Positions 1 to 40,090 of a stretch of DNA of 64,000 bases are shown here, piece by piece (within the stretch, counting starts at the first letter, position 1; every line of letters begins with the position of its first letter). The DNA is from Amoebidium appalachense (taxonomy: Eukaryota; Protista; Ichthyosporea). The notes below the pieces were generated by a model, which saw only the letters and a list, made by a program, of their open reading frames with translations, was not told where the DNA came from and ran no database searches. The stretch is from NCBI GenBank assembly GCA_963693365.1, contig CAVNZM010000003.1, positions 5,918,509 to 5,982,508 of the forward strand. The letters run 5' to 3'. The translations under genes and the position numbers were made by a program.

Positions 1-169
1 TGCGTGTATGCGTGTGTGCGTGTGTGCCTAAGCGTGTGCATGTGCGTGTGCGTGTGCGCGTGCACGTGCGTGTCACGGTGTGCGTGTGTGTGTGCGTTTG
101 CATGTGTGCGTGTGCGTGTGTACGTGTGCGTGTGCGTGCGCGTGTGCGTGTGCGTGCACTGTTTTTGGT

Positions 170-245
170 GGGAAGATTAGAGAAACTGAACCTATTTATC
201 ACCATTGAACAAAGGGAGCAGTTATTCCACGTGTGTGTGGCCCCC

Positions 246-285
<40 letters not shown>

Positions 286-400
286 GTAGGGTATCGAATG
301 AATGCTGGAGCGGAGATGGCATCAGGACTTGATTGCATTCAAGTCCATATATGCCAAAAAAACAAAAAAAAAAAAAAAAAAAAAAAAATCTGGGTAACCC

Positions 401-441
<41 letters not shown>

Positions 442-2028
442 AAAAAAAAAAAAGAAGAAGAAGAAGAAGAGGGGAGGGGAGGGGTGGATGTGAACGAATG
501 CTGGAGTGAGATGGCATCGGGACTTTCTATTGCATGCATGCCCGTGTTTGCAAAACTTTTTATCCTAAGAACCCCCTCCCCCCCACACACACACACAAAG
601 AAAGAAATGAAACACGTCTTCCACGTGTGGGATGATGACCATCCCCCCCCCCCCCCCCCCCCCCTCCCCCCCCCCCGGAGAGAGAGAGAGGGAGAGAAGA
701 AAAGCAAAGACGTTCCTTCTACCTGTGGGATGATTCCCCCCCCCCCCCCCCCTCCTTCTGGGGGTATGATGTCCTGGATGAATATTCTGAATATCCTGGA
801 TGAATATTCTGAATATCCTGGATGAATATTCTGAATATCCTGGATGAATATTCTGAATATCCTGGATGAATATTCTGAATATCCTGAATGAATATTCTGA
901 ATATCCTGGATGAATATTGTGAATATCCTGAATGAATATTCTGAATATCCTGGATGAATATTCTGAGGCCAGTACACCCAATGCACTCTGCAACCTTCAA
1001 GTCCCTCGCAATCATTGCATCAATGAAGCCACGATTATGTTCAGTATTTGCAAGTGTGTCACTGATACTGCCACGTCAGCCGCACGGTGGGGGGGGGGGG
1101 GGGGGTTTAGAAAATCTTGTGTTCGATATTCGAGGTGGGATCCTACAGGTAATACACGGGGGTTGGTGAACACGGCAATCGACTGTGTGTGTGTGTGTGC
1201 GCGCGCGTGTGCGTGTGTGTGTGCGTGTGTGCGTTTGTGCGTGTATGCGTGTGTGTGTGTACGTGTGCATGTGCGTGAGCGTGAGCGTGTAGCATGTGCA
1301 TGTGCATGTTTGTGTCTCTCTGTGCGATGTGTGTTTTTGTGTCTGTGTGAGTAGACGGACGGGGGGGAGGGGGGGGGCATGACCCTAGGCTCAGGTGCAA
1401 TGCTTGTGCGTATAACTGGCTACTGACTACTACTGAAAAACTAAAATGTGGTAGAGGCTTTTTCGCTTCGCCTTTTTCCTCACCTTCAAGTTGGGATTTC
1501 CGGTCACATCATTTTTTTTTTAAGCATTGTTTGTAGGAGCGACTTATTTTCAGCCCATCAGGCAGAATCTCGGTCATAACCTATCCAGAGCACATTGCCA
1601 AGGCATTCGTCTGCATTTGGCAACTATATTGATGCCCAAAAGTCGCCAAATCAGCACAACCAAACAAATGAAAAAATCGGTGTTGTACCTGCTGAGTTAG
1701 ATTTTGGGACATTTAGCCTGCCAGATCCAAAGATAAGAAGCACTAAGAATGTACGCTAAGAAGTTTTAGTTGAAATACTACATGAAAAAGCAGGATGGAA
1801 TAATGTTGGTAGGAAGATAGGGAAAATCGACCTTTTTGACAAAGCAAAGGAGGAGAACAGTTATTTTGTGTGGGGTGCCAGGAGGGGAGAGGGTGGTGTG
1901 TCTATGTGGGTGGTGGGGGGGGGGGAGTGTCGGTGTCTTTTGTGTGTTAGGGAGCTTTGAATGGAGGTGGTATGTCTAGCGCGTGTGTGGGGATGCAGGT
2001 GGGGATGGTGGGCCTGTGTGTGTGTGGG

Positions 2029-2070
<42 letters not shown>

Positions 2071-2490
2071 GGGGGGTCAGGGCAGTGAAAGAAGGCTCAA
2101 GTGAGATGGCATAGGGACTTTCTATTGCATTCATGCCCGTGTATGCAAAAAAGCGTCCAGTCCTAAGAGCCTCCCCCCTTCCCCCCCCCCCCCCCCCCCC
2201 TCCCCCCGCCCCCTCCCCCCCCCCAAAAAAGGAAGAAGAAAAAAACGAAGAAAAAGGAAAAATTATCTAAAAGTAAAAATGTTTCCTTCCGCCTGCAAGA
2301 TAATGATCTCCGCACGCCCTCCCCCCTCCCCCCCCCCCCCCCTCTTCCGTCCTCTCACGAGGGAGGGGGAGCATCTTTTGAGATTAAAATGAGGCCTGCA
2401 AAGGGTGATAATCAATGCCATATTAGCTATACGCACAGGCAGTATTTGCATTGGTGTGTGCGTCAATGACGTGCCGTGGCACAAATGGCT

Positions 2491-2528
<38 letters not shown>

Positions 2529-2611
2529 CAAGTGAATCTCGAGAGAATGGGGATATCCGACGGGGGATCCTATAGCCAATGCACAAGGGTAGTCAATGCG
2601 GCCATAGACTT

Positions 2612-2667
<56 letters not shown>

Positions 2668-3342
2668 ACGCGCGCGTGCGTGCGTGCGTGTCTGCGTTTG
2701 TGCGTGCGTGTAAGGGCGCGCGTGTGGTGGTGGTTTTGAGACCCTAAGCCCAGATGCCAACGATTTAGCATGTTTGTGCGTATGACGGTCAAAAATTACT
2801 GCTCGAGCCACATATTCATGTAGTTGGCATTTTTTTGCCATGAAGGGCTGACAACTTGCACCGAGTAACACCGAATGTAAACGTTTTCACCTCCGGATCT
2901 TCAATTCAATGCAATTCTTTCAAGCATTGTTTGTACGGACGACTTATTTCCAGCCAAACAGGCGCTGCTCCAGCAACTGTGCCAAAATTTGCAGCTGGCA
3001 ATTATACTGAAACCGATTAGTCACCCAATAAACCCAAGCAAACTAATGAATGTGGATGTGTGTCATTCCTGAATCGATTGTGGGACAATCAAATTCTGTA
3101 AGATCCAAAATATCAGCACTCAGAATGTACGGCAAGGAGTCCTTGGGTGAATAAACCAATTGAGAAGAAGAAAAAAAGAGAGAAAATGGTGGGAAGATAA
3201 GGGATGATGATAATCCTGCTTGACAAATAATTCACAAAGGGAACAGTTATCATGTGTGGGCGCCAGGAGGGGAGAGGGTGGTGTGTTTATTTGTCTGGTG
3301 CGGGGGGTGGGGGCAGGGATGGGGTGTCGGTGTCTGCGCGTG

Positions 3343-3384
<42 letters not shown>

Positions 3385-3830
3385 CTGCATGTCTTGTGTG
3401 TGTAACAGTCGGGGGGAGGTGGGGGGGTATCTACGTGCGTGGGTGTGATGGTGGCGGTGGGATGGAGGGGTGCTACGTGAGGGTGGTAGTGAACAAATGG
3501 CATTGCTGGAGTGAGATGGCATCACGGCTTACGTTTGCATTCCTATCCGTATATGCACAAGCTTGAGTCAGTCCTTATGCCCCCCCCTCCCCCCCACACC
3601 CCCCCCCCACAAAAGAAAAAAAGAAAAAAGAACAAAAATAAAAAAGAGGAAGAAAGAAAAAACAAAAAAAAATCCACGTAGGCCTTCTACCGGTGGGATG
3701 ATACAATCCTCCTCCTCCCCCCCCCCCCCCCCCCCCCCTTTTTTTTTTAAGTTGGAAACCAGATCTTGATTTGCAGCTACTACGCTTTCGTACTGCAGAT
3801 AATTCGAAGAACCCCAATGCCATTTTTTGA
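170..3830. repeat. Ancient degenerate tandem repeat, about 3 units of 1.4-1.6 kb
   Basis: Colinear shared blocks: GGGATCCTA at ~1138/~2564; GACCCTA at 1381/2740; AAGCATTGTTTGTA...GACTTATTT at 1522/2922; AGATCCAAA...AGAATGTACG at ~1723/3101; GAGATGGCATC/A at ~313, ~508, ~2103, ~3513; CAGTTAT at ~218, ~1858, ~3244. Confidence 0.7.
772..965. repeat. 22-bp minisatellite (TCCTGGATGAATATTCTGAATA), about 9 copies
   Basis: Near-perfect head-to-tail copies read directly, no spacers. Confidence 0.95.
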
Positions 3831-4548
3831 CCATCATGGTCACCTTAAGGTTGTGATGAATGGCTTGAAGATAAACGAGAAAATGTGACGAAGCGAGCCT
3901 GATCGGAATGCCCATAGAAAAACGGGGGTAAAGCGCTGAAGAAAAGTTGAGTTCCAATATCCAAGTGCTCGTATATCTACACCTATTTTATAGAAGAAGA
4001 TAGAAAATTATGAAAATTCATCTGATAGGGGGGGGGGGGGGGATCTCTGGGACTTATATATGTTTTGGGCATCTGCCGCGCCCCACAGGCACCTGGGCTT
4101 GCACCAGCCTGGCGGGATAGACAGCACAAGAGTTTGAAGAATAAATAACATGATTTTCATAGTGTTCAGAAACCTTTTTCTTGCCTCCTAAATATGCGGG
4201 GCATACCTAGACCTCCCTGTGATACTCCACCGCAGGCAATGGGCACATTAGATTTCAAAAAGTCATCGGGTCTTCCCAACATGCTTATCTTGCCAATCAG
4301 AAATCGTGAATAGCTTTGGGTCTGATCCCTAACAAAAGCGCCCCTTTAACACTATTTTCACAGTCACAGCCAGACCCTTTAATCAAGGCACCACTCACAT
4401 TATCATTGGTCGGTGGGATCCAGCCACACCTAATTATCTTAGCGGTTTCCATGTCAACCAATCAAAGAGATTTTGTGACGTAGTGTGGTACATGTAAATA
4501 GCATACACACAGCACTAATTAGGCTGCGGTACTGAGTGTAACCACTGA

Positions 4549-4583
<35 letters not shown>

Positions 4584-4615
4584 ACGGTGTGTATGTGTGT
4601 TTGTGTGTTTGTGTG

Positions 4616-4672
<57 letters not shown>

Positions 4673-5096
4673 CGTGTGTGTGTTTTCGAGTGTTTTTGGT
4701 TGCTTGTGCGCTTGTGCGCTTGTGTATGTGTGTTTGTGTGTGTGTGGGTATTCGTGGTAGAAGTAGTATTAGCTCAAAAACATACAAAATACCTAACTGA
4801 GTCTCTAAGGTACCTCAAAAAGCCAAAGGGAAAAAACTGCAATGCGCAAGAATAAGAAAGATTAAATCTTTCAACCAACGATCCAGATTTGGCGCTTAAA
4901 GCAAAAAGAAAGGTGAGATAAATATTTCTTATAGAACTCAACAGGTTGCTACACGATCATAGTAGATTCATTTCTTTAGAGCTCCAGTTAAAAGCCGTAC
5001 ACTATTCTTCACATTATAGCCATGAAATTCAGTAGATAGCTACAGGATATATTTGATTCGTTTCTATGAAATTTTACAGATAGCTACAAGATATCC

Positions 5097-10031
<4,935 letters not shown>

Positions 10032-10299
10032 TTTCTCGGCAACCAGCAAGCAAATAGAGCAATATTTCTGCCCTTTTAATTTTGCGAAGGTGTGCCGTTC
10101 AACGGCGTGGGGCAAGAACGGCGCGGGATATTCGAATAGTATTGTGAATGAATATGAATGCTATGAATGAGTGAGCTTGATTGTCTCAACACAAATTATA
10201 TATATTACCAGGCTTGTGTCATATGTCAATGTCATCAAAAAGCTATCATGTCTGCGCACCCTGCATGCAGTGTGAGTAATTGCAATGCGCCGGTTGAAC

Positions 10300-10430
10300 T
10301 GTAACTTTCTCGCGATCGCGGACGGTACCCGGGTACGTTGATGGGCTGCCACGGCTGCGGCGATTTGAATGGTCACCAGATTTTAGGTTAGCCAATCGTT
10401 ATTTTAGGTTGCCTGATATGACGTCACGGT
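10300..10430. promoter_or_regulatory. Putative promoter of the glycosyltransferase gene (CCAAT box, CRE palindrome)
   Basis: Microsatellite-free region upstream of ATG 10031 with GCCAATC at ~10391 and TGACGTCA at 10419-10426. Confidence 0.4.
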
Positions 10431-11742
10431 GTCATGTATTGTATACCCGGCCAACGCTATTTTTAGATCATTTGTATCACATTCATACGTCGCTCCCCCC
10501 CCCACGTACCCCCAACACACACATACAAAACCACAACACACGCACACACACACAGAAAAGGTGCATCACCATCACCGGCCATCCCTTCCCCCCATTCCGA
10601 AGTGGCAAGTACAACATGAACACATGGCCAATGGAATGGCGATGGTTTCATATCAGGGGTTTTTTTTAATTAGTATCTGAGTTTATTGATGTAGATGTAG
10701 TTTTTTCAATTTGGAATTCCAATTGCGAATTCCATATGCAGACACGACTAATCAAATTTGTATGGATAGATTGCAGGTCCAAAATGTCGCCGTTATCCGA
10801 GAGGCTCATTGTTACAATCAAAACATGCTTATTTGCCCAAACAGTCTGACAAAAGAATAACCCACCATGTATACACACATGTCCTGATTTTATTCGAAAA
10901 ACAAAATACATAAAATAAACAAGAAAATCAATTTGTTGATGGCAACTTTATTGAAACACTCTTGAAAGGAGAACAGGTGGGAGAACATGTTTCGACAGAA
11001 GTGATGAAACCAAACACTACAAGTTCGGCAGTCACCAAATACCCTGTACATGTGTTCTCCCCAAAAAAAATATTCAAAAATATTTAATTCTGTAATAAGA
11101 ATACATTCGTCTGTTATGTTTTCTAATCACAGGAAAGCACAAATTGAATATTCAATATTCAAAATTCAATATTCAAAAAACCGATCTGCTTTCCGTGGTT
11201 AGAAAACATAACAGACGAATGTATTCTTATTACAGAATTGCAAAATGGAAAAACATTGGTGTGCAGTCAGCATAACATGGGGGGTTGACAATTGCATGCC
11301 ACCCTGACTTCTCTCATGCACGATGAACGTGAATGTGAGCATGCACGTGTGTGAACATGGGTGTGTGTGTGTGTATGTTGACGTGCACGCGCACGGGTCG
11401 CGTGCGTGGATGTATGTGTGTGGGTGGGTCAGGAGCCCGACACCACAAAAACAATAAAAAAATGAAAAGAATAAAACGAAGAAGGCTGCAGTCTGAAAAA
11501 CCATTTAGGTTTCACCGCCGGTCGCCATCCCTGTTAGTGAACACACGTGTAAGTAAGGTTGACCCATGTTTAAGAGGACAGTTGAGTTGTTGTAAATGTA
11601 GATAAGCACAAGAGTAACGGTAGGAGGATGCATGAAAGACCGGTATACCGGAACGGAACTCGAGTTTCTGCGTGGTCTTCGATGGTTTTTGTTAGATTGA
11701 ACGCAGGGCAAACAAGTGGTAACAGGTGCAGGAGCAGTAGAG

Positions 11743-11817
<75 letters not shown>

Positions 11818-11978
11818 TGTGTGTTGTGAACGGGCCGAATAGAGGAGACAGAGTGGGGGAAAGGGGGAGGGGGGAGGAGGGGGGGGGGTGGGGGGGGGAG
11901 AGAAGAGATAGGCGGAAAAAGGGGCATATGTTAATGGAGAAGGACAGCACTTGGGTGTGGTGATAGTGGTGGCCGTGA

Positions 11979-12044
<66 letters not shown>

Positions 12045-12095
12045 TGATGGTGGTGGCGGTGGGGGGGGGGGGGGAGGGGGAGGGGGGGTTTGCTA

Positions 12096-32767
<20,672 letters not shown>

Positions 32768-33745
32768 TTCTAGTGCCGTGATGCAACCTAAAGAGGCTGC
32801 AAAAACCTAATAATTTTTCACATGTGTTTTCCTACAACGAATGAGGTTTTGCGTAGAACTCACTAAGTTATAACAGGCTCACTATGTTTCATGAAAAAGT
32901 ACTTGTCCTCACGTACGTCACTGAGCACGTATACTGTACGTAGCTGTAGAGTGCACGCTGCAAAACTTTTGGCAAGGGAAGGAGGGAGAAAGTTGTGAGC
33001 CAAACGATCACAGAGGCATGGACACTTTGGTTTCTTTAGCTCTTTACTGCATGCCATCGTGATTAACGACTATTTTAATTGTTTACAACTTTGTAAACAT
33101 TTGTAAACGAATAAGATTACGGTTTTGACTTTTAAGTTGTAGCTTTGTTTAAAGAATTATTAGACTGCATCACGTGTGCCAGCAATCCCCACGTGCCCTG
33201 AAAGGAATCCATAATCTATAAGATGCAGGCATTTGATTGGTTTTAAGAGAACCCACAGAGATTGGCAGATTCAAAGAACCAAAAGAACAGCAACTAAACA
33301 TTTCTGTGATAAAATATTTTTTAGCAGATGTCAAAAAATTATGTCCTTGTTTTTACTTTTATAGTTTATATTTGTCTCACAGGATTCGAAGAGATAAACA
33401 GCCATAGTTAGAAGACTCTTGCCGTCTTTACAACTGTACGTGTGACGCACTAGTTTTAAACCCTGTTATAACCTCACAATACTACTGGATGGTGGTGTTC
33501 CACTCGATCACTACAGCACAGATGCACCCACCATTCCACCTTTTGTTGTCAGCGAAAAGAGCGAGAGAGCTTTTTCGGAGAGAGAGAGAGAGAGATCATA
33601 TTTGCAACGAAAACAGTATAGGGATAGAAAGGAAAATTTGAGAATAGAGAAAATAGAGAGAGAGGTGATTCTAATAAAACGTAAAACGCGGCGATGGGTT
33701 AGTGTGCCGTTGCTGCCGACGGCCCTTCGTCCTGATTTTAGGTGA
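32768..33745. promoter_or_regulatory. Putative bidirectional promoter between the PHF3-like and PRL genes, with probable PRL 5'UTR exon
   Basis: Head-to-head genes; largely microsatellite-free region with CACGTG (~33171, ~33190), reverse CCAAT (~33236, ~33260) and TACGTCAC (~32914). Strong donor AG|GTGAGT at 33742 on +; acceptor TAACAG before the PRL ATG exon. Confidence 0.5.
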
Positions 33746-34835
33746 GTGTGGAAGCGTTGATGTTTTGGTTCGACTTGTAGAGAATGTAGTGTTGTGCTGT
33801 ATAGGTGAATGTGTGCGCATCTGAATTGATCGCCTGATAAAGTTATCTGGGTCATGTGTTTGGTTTGTTGCTACCCTGTTGGCGCCGTGTAATCGAATAC
33901 CCGGAGGTGTTAGTTAGAAAGCAAAACTAGGCCATGATAAACACAGCTCTGCAGTTCGAAATTTTGAGATCATTTCCTGTGTTTGATGCGGTGCTTGTTA
34001 GAGAGAGTGCCACTTCTTTTTGGTGTAGTTTTCTTCATGATAGTTATGTGCTTAAACGGTGACATCAAGCCGAGCTTGCAGGGAAGCAACAGACGGAGAT
34101 GAGTGTAAACACATAGCCTTGTGATCGCATAAGAGCAACACTGGCGTTTTAGTTTTTGTGTGTTGATGTGTGTTTGCGCGCGCACGCGGTTGCATGTATG
34201 ATCGTACACACCTGTGTGTGTGTGTGGGGGGGGGGGGGGGGGGGGGGAGTATGTCTGTGTGTGTGTGGGGGGGGGGGTGATTGCGCGTGTGTTTCTGGTC
34301 TCTGCTTCTCTTGACTTTCGCCGCTCTCTGTGTTCGACTGGCTACAGGCTGCCCTTGTTTGCTGAATTCTGAAGTATGCACAAGAAGGCAGCAGAAAGTA
34401 ATTGTTACCCAACCTGTTTTCTTCCTTGAGCGTGCTGATTCTGCTTTATGTGGCATAGGGATAGTCCTGTGCATACAAGCGCCAGAGTGTGTGCCCCTAA
34501 GTCAGCGTTCAGACCTCGCATTTAGAAGATAAGAAGTTCGGTCACTCTTGTGTGTTCTTTTCTGTGTGGTGGTGCGTATGGCGGGGGGAAATTGGGGAGG
34601 GAAGCACGTTGGTTGGGAGAGGAGAAGCTCTAGGGAGATGCCCCCCCCGGGGGGAGGGGGGGGGGAGGTGGGAAGGAGGAGGGGAGGGGGGTGCTCTCTG
34701 CTAGAAAGGGCCTTCCTGGTCCTGAAAAGGCTAATGTTATCGTGTTGCTGATGTTTAACTTGCCCACAGAATACTGGTCTATCGATGTAACAGCCCATCG
34801 TTCTGCGCTGCACACGGCAGCCCCTAGGCGCCACC

Positions 34836-35992
34836 ATGATGTTCCAGAACCAGCCCAGCCGCGTAGACTACAAGGACATGCATTTTCTCATCTTCGATGC
34901 CCCCACGGACTCGAATCTGCCCAATTACATGAAGGTAAGAAGCTGGGGAAAGGGTTGTTATAGCACGTGAGATGCATGCGAGCCGTGTTTTGATGTACAT
35001 ACACACATGCAAGAAATACCCACATGCAAGCGCTTTCTAACCCTACACACGTACATACACACACACACACATGCAAGAAACACACGGATGCAAGCATACA
35101 CACACACACACACACACAAGAAACACACTCCTCAGGCACTTTCTCAAACACACACATACACACACACACACCAGTGTCTGCATAGCAGACGGACCCACAA
35201 GACGGGAGCAGCCACACCGACACACAAATTCACTTGTTCACACACACCGTTACATCGACGATCAAATGCATCCACACGTGCACCTCACACAAGACATTTA
35301 TGGCATGCCTTATCTGCTTTGCCTGTGTGTTGTTTGACTCCAGCAAGTTTCAGGCACCTTTGGGTTGTTGGTATCTTCATGCATTCCAAGGATCGTGATT
35401 GGCACGTATTCTATGTTTGAGACCTGGCCTACCTTTCGTGCCTGGCCTGTTCTTGCACACGGTCCACCTTCAGGTTTAGTTTCTCACGATTATCACTGTG
35501 ATGTTCTCGCACACGATCCACCTTCAGGTTTAGTTTCTCACAATGGTCACTGAGGTGTTCTCGCACACGATGCACCTTCGGGTTTAGTTTCTCACGATTG
35601 CCACTGTGATGTTCTTGCACACGATCCACCTTCATGTTTAGTTTCTCACGATTGTCACTGGCCTGTTCTCGCACACGATCATTCTTGCCGTTGTGTTGTC
35701 TCACGATGGTCACTGTGATGTTCATGCGCACGATCAATCTTCCCGTTTAGTTTCTCACCATGGTTGTAACGGTGCAGGAGTTCAAGAACCATGGGGTGAC
35801 TGATGTTGTGCGGGTGTGTGACCCCACATACAACGCCCACACACTGGAGGCTACGGGCATCCAGGTTCATGTGGGTTTCCGGTTCAATATGTCTAAACCC
35901 TATGTTTTTAATTTTTTGTGTGCTTGATTGCCAACCCTGTGCTGGAAATGAGCGCTGTGTGACTCCTTATGGCAGACCCCCCAAACACATAC

Positions 35993-36052
<60 letters not shown>

Positions 36053-37361
36053 CATACACACACACACACCCCCCCTAGAGAATGGGCTCTACTGATGCCA
36101 CATGCTTTTATGTGCATAAAGCTGTGCGTTGTGAGTGAGTACCGTGTGCCGCATATGATCCACTCCCCAGCTACCCCCTCTCCCCTCCTTCACGGCTCCT
36201 TCCTCTCACATACACAAAGACACACAAACGCACACACACACACAGGACGCCCGCGCGCGCACACACACACACACACACACTCAGCATGCACACACACACA
36301 TACACACACACACCACACACACGCGTGCGCGCGCACACACACACACCCCACCAGAATCACCACCACATGCACAGACACCACGTGCACAGACACAGGTACA
36401 TGCACACGCTCGTGCACACTCCAACACCGCTACCAGCGTACTCTTCCCCTCCACCTTGTCTGCATTTCCGTTGGTATTAGAGACTGTCATGGAATGTGCC
36501 AGCGTGCGCTTCTAAGCAATTTTCACAGTTCTTTCCCTGCTCCTTTCCCTCCTTTTGAATCAAGCACATCCTAATGCACCTGGGGAAATATTGTCTGTCG
36601 CTCATGAGCATATATCATGCAGGGTTCCGGACTCTTAAAACTTTGTGCTTGCAGGTACATTTATACCTGCTTACTTTTGCACTGGCACATCCACAATAAC
36701 AGACAACACACACACACACAAACATTCTAACCACACACACATGTACACACACATACACACATCTTCCCGCAGATGCCCGCACGAGTGCACGGGCACGCAC
36801 CGGCATACACAGACACGCACACCCACAGGCACAGGCACTCACGGACAGACCATTGTCCACCCTCAAACACATGCCATAACAGGCCAACTCCAACCAGCAC
36901 ACAACCATGCATGATTCATATAACATCACCCACAAAACCCAACATGAGGAAAATAGATCTCTCCACGTGTGCGCGCGCGTACACACACACACACACACAC
37001 ACGGACACACGCACGGACACGGGCATGGCACCAGGCAAAGCTTGGATATGAACATGGTCAGAGAGAATGTTATTGTTGGTTAATGTGTGCGTGTATAGGT
37101 GGTGCGCCTGCATGAGCCCACGTGTTTTGTATGTGTTCACGTGCATGTGTTCTCGTTTTTGTGTTCACGTGTTTGCGTGCAAATGGATGACATTTAACTA
37201 ATCGGGCTGCAGGATTGGATGTTTGCAGACGGTGACGCCCCACCTGCGCACGTGATTCGTGATTGGCTGGCGCTGTTGAAGAGAAAGTTTGCAGAGGAGG
37301 GCGAAAGTACCTCCTGCATTGGGGTGCACTGTGTTGCCGGACTGGGCAGGTACGTGTGTGT

Positions 37362-37438
<77 letters not shown>

Positions 37439-37816
37439 GTCCGTTGAGGGGCTAGGAAGATTTGGCCAAGGGGTGGGGAGCAGGGAGAGGGGAGGGTGCT
37501 GATGAGGATGGGTGGATGTGTTTTTGTGGGTGGTGAAGGGAGGTGGGTTTATATGTGTGTGTGTGTGTGTGTTGGGGGGGGGGGGGGGGGAAGGGGGGGG
37601 TCTGTTAATAGTGGTGGTGGAGGGGACTCATTAGTCGCACAAGCACATGGGCACAACAAAGCACATGGGTGTCGTTCCCTACCTCTCTTCATACGTCGTT
37701 TCCTTCTGCCCCCCCCCCCCCCCCCCCTCCCCCCCCCCCCCCCCCCCCATTCCCCTCCGCCAATGTGTTTTCCGTCATGAATATGTACTTCGTGCTCTGT
37801 ATCGCTTTCCAACCAG

Positions 37817-37850
<34 letters not shown>

Positions 37851-38169
37851 TTCCCCCTTTTTCTTCAATGTGTTTCTTTTCGTGTTGTTACCATTAGTAC
37901 CGTGTTATTCATTCTATACCTCCCCCCGTCCCCCACCCCCCTACCCACCTACTCACCCACCCACCCATTCACCGCTGCTGCCCACCACGCATACACACAT
38001 GCGCGCGCGCGGGCGCACACACACACACGCACACACACTAGTATCATTACAACCACCATCCCCTTGTAACCGGTTAACCGACTGTGTCCCCTTACACATG
38101 CACATTGCACCTATTTATGCATGCGCTCTTTCTTATTGTCCCCTCCCCTTCCCCTCCTGACCCACATGC

Positions 38170-38240
<71 letters not shown>

Positions 38241-38324
38241 CTACTGCACACGTGTTCTGTGGTCATTAGCGGGTTTATTCCAATGTGTTTTTCACACCAC
38301 GGCTCAACCTCAAGCATGCACTCA

Positions 38325-38365
<41 letters not shown>

Positions 38366-38845
38366 CCGCCGCCCACACACACACACACATGCACACACGC
38401 ACACAACAAATAAGCACCCCTACATCGATGACTCGCATTTCTTTAGGATGGGTTTTGGGTTTTATGCATTCTTTGTAGTGTTGCTGTTGCATGCTTCATG
38501 TTTGCTTTGGCATATGCCGTGCACCGGGTTTCACTTCGTGTGGTTGGCCTTCGTACCATTACCGTATTCTAACTACCCCCCCCCCCCCACACACACACAC
38601 ACACGTACACACACACACGTACACACACACGTACACACGTACACGTACACACACACACATACACACACACACACGTACACAGGGCGCCTATCCTAGTAGC
38701 CATTGCGCTGATGGAAAAAGGGATGGCAGCAGAGGATGCTGTTCAATACATCCGCAAGGTCAGGCCGGGGGCGCTCAACAGCAAGCAGATCAAGTTTGTG
38801 CAAAAGTATAAGCCCCACAGAAAGAAGGACTGTGTCATACAGTGA
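34836..38845 (+). CDS. PTP4A: Prenylated protein tyrosine phosphatase PRL (PTP4A family), 4 coding exons, 163 aa
   Basis: Exons 34836-34934, 35778-35870, 37213-37349, 38683-38845 (492 nt). GCCACCATG start context; [27 protein letters not shown] loop, P-loop [17 protein letters not shown], polybasic tail and CaaX CVIQ. Confidence 0.95.
35449..35760. repeat. 54-bp minisatellite, about 6 copies, in PRL intron 1
   Basis: Unit GTTCTCGCACACGATCCACCTTCAGGTTTAGTTTCTCACGATTGTCACTGTGAT starting at ~35449, 35503, 35557, 35611, 35665. Confidence 0.9.
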
Positions 38846-40044
38846 TGCGTGAAGGTCGCTACATAATGTTTTGTTGGGGGGGGGGGTTGTTGTTGTTGTT
38901 TTTCCGTTGCTTTTTCGTTGGTTTTGTTTGCTTGGTGTAGGGGTGTGTGTGTGTGGGGGGGGAGGGGGGGGGGGGGGGGGATACAAAATTGTGTTGATGT
39001 GTTGTGTGTTGTGAGTATACATTTGAAAACAGTCACACACTCTTTTCATTGGACGAATCACTCGTGAACATGTTATAAAAGGTGTGTGTTTGCGGGTACA
39101 GGCACACATTATTAAACTCGCAGAAGAGTTGCACTAATATTAGCACACGCACACATAAAATTTTCCTTTTAGGCGACCTTTGTAGATGCCGTGTTATCAT
39201 GCCCGTGCAGCCGTGGAATGGAAACTGTGTTGTATAGGTTTTTTGGTTTTTTTGGTTTTTTGTTTCATTCTGCGGGAAATCTATTAGGATTTAGGTTCGT
39301 TGGCACCTTCGCAAACAGAAACATGTGTATAGAAAAATCCTGTGATTGAGTACAAATATGCAACTGTGGCACTTAACTGCACGGTGATTGGATGGCGTAT
39401 TATTTAACACATTTATTTGATTGGATGATATTTGAGCGCCGGGATACGAGAATAAATAACAGCTCCCTCGATGGGATAGTTCTCGAGCTGTGCCTACGTC
39501 TCTGCTACATCCCCCCCCCCCCCTCTCTCATGAGGATGGGCTCTGCTTATGTACGCATAAGTACTGTGTACATTGCTGATGTTGCACACTTAAAGTTTGC
39601 ACTTGCATGTGTCCTGTACCACGCTCCCCATGTGTGTGTGTACTTCGTACCGTGTTCCGCATTCAACCTACCCCTCCTCACCACGTGCACCACCTCCTCC
39701 TCTTCCTCCCCCCATGTTCGAGTGAAACCGTATCTGAGTTTATGTTGTGTACGTGTTTCGTCGACGAGTTGAATTGTCGAAAATCGGGTACCAATAGCTA
39801 TGGATGCATGGGTCTATCTAATTAGGATGGGCTCTGCTTATTATGCACACATACTCTTTGTGTGGTCTGCACTCGATTGAGCTGTCGGTTATGAATGTGT
39901 ATTTCGCACAACACAGTCAACGTTACTGAACCCTCCCCCCCCCCCCCCCCCCTCCCCTCCCCCCCCCCCCCCCCCCCCCCACCCACCCACCCACACACAC
40001 ACACACCGCCGCTGGGTGCACACACACACACGCATGTCACCACA

Positions 40045-40090
<46 letters not shown>

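Noticed and set aside
772-965. CRISPR-like array (also considered for 35449-35760)
   Set aside because: Head-to-tail units without unique spacers, no cas genes, eukaryotic context.
4040-4500. Small minus-strand gene after a CCAAT-rich region (MLGRPDDFLKS..., donor GTATGC near 4206)
   Set aside because: Short, no recognisable motif and no convincing downstream exons.
11505-11750. Alternative last exon of the PHF3-like gene via a donor near 12100
   Set aside because: The acceptor would follow a (GA)n purine tract, and tandem in-frame TAG stops already end the ORF.
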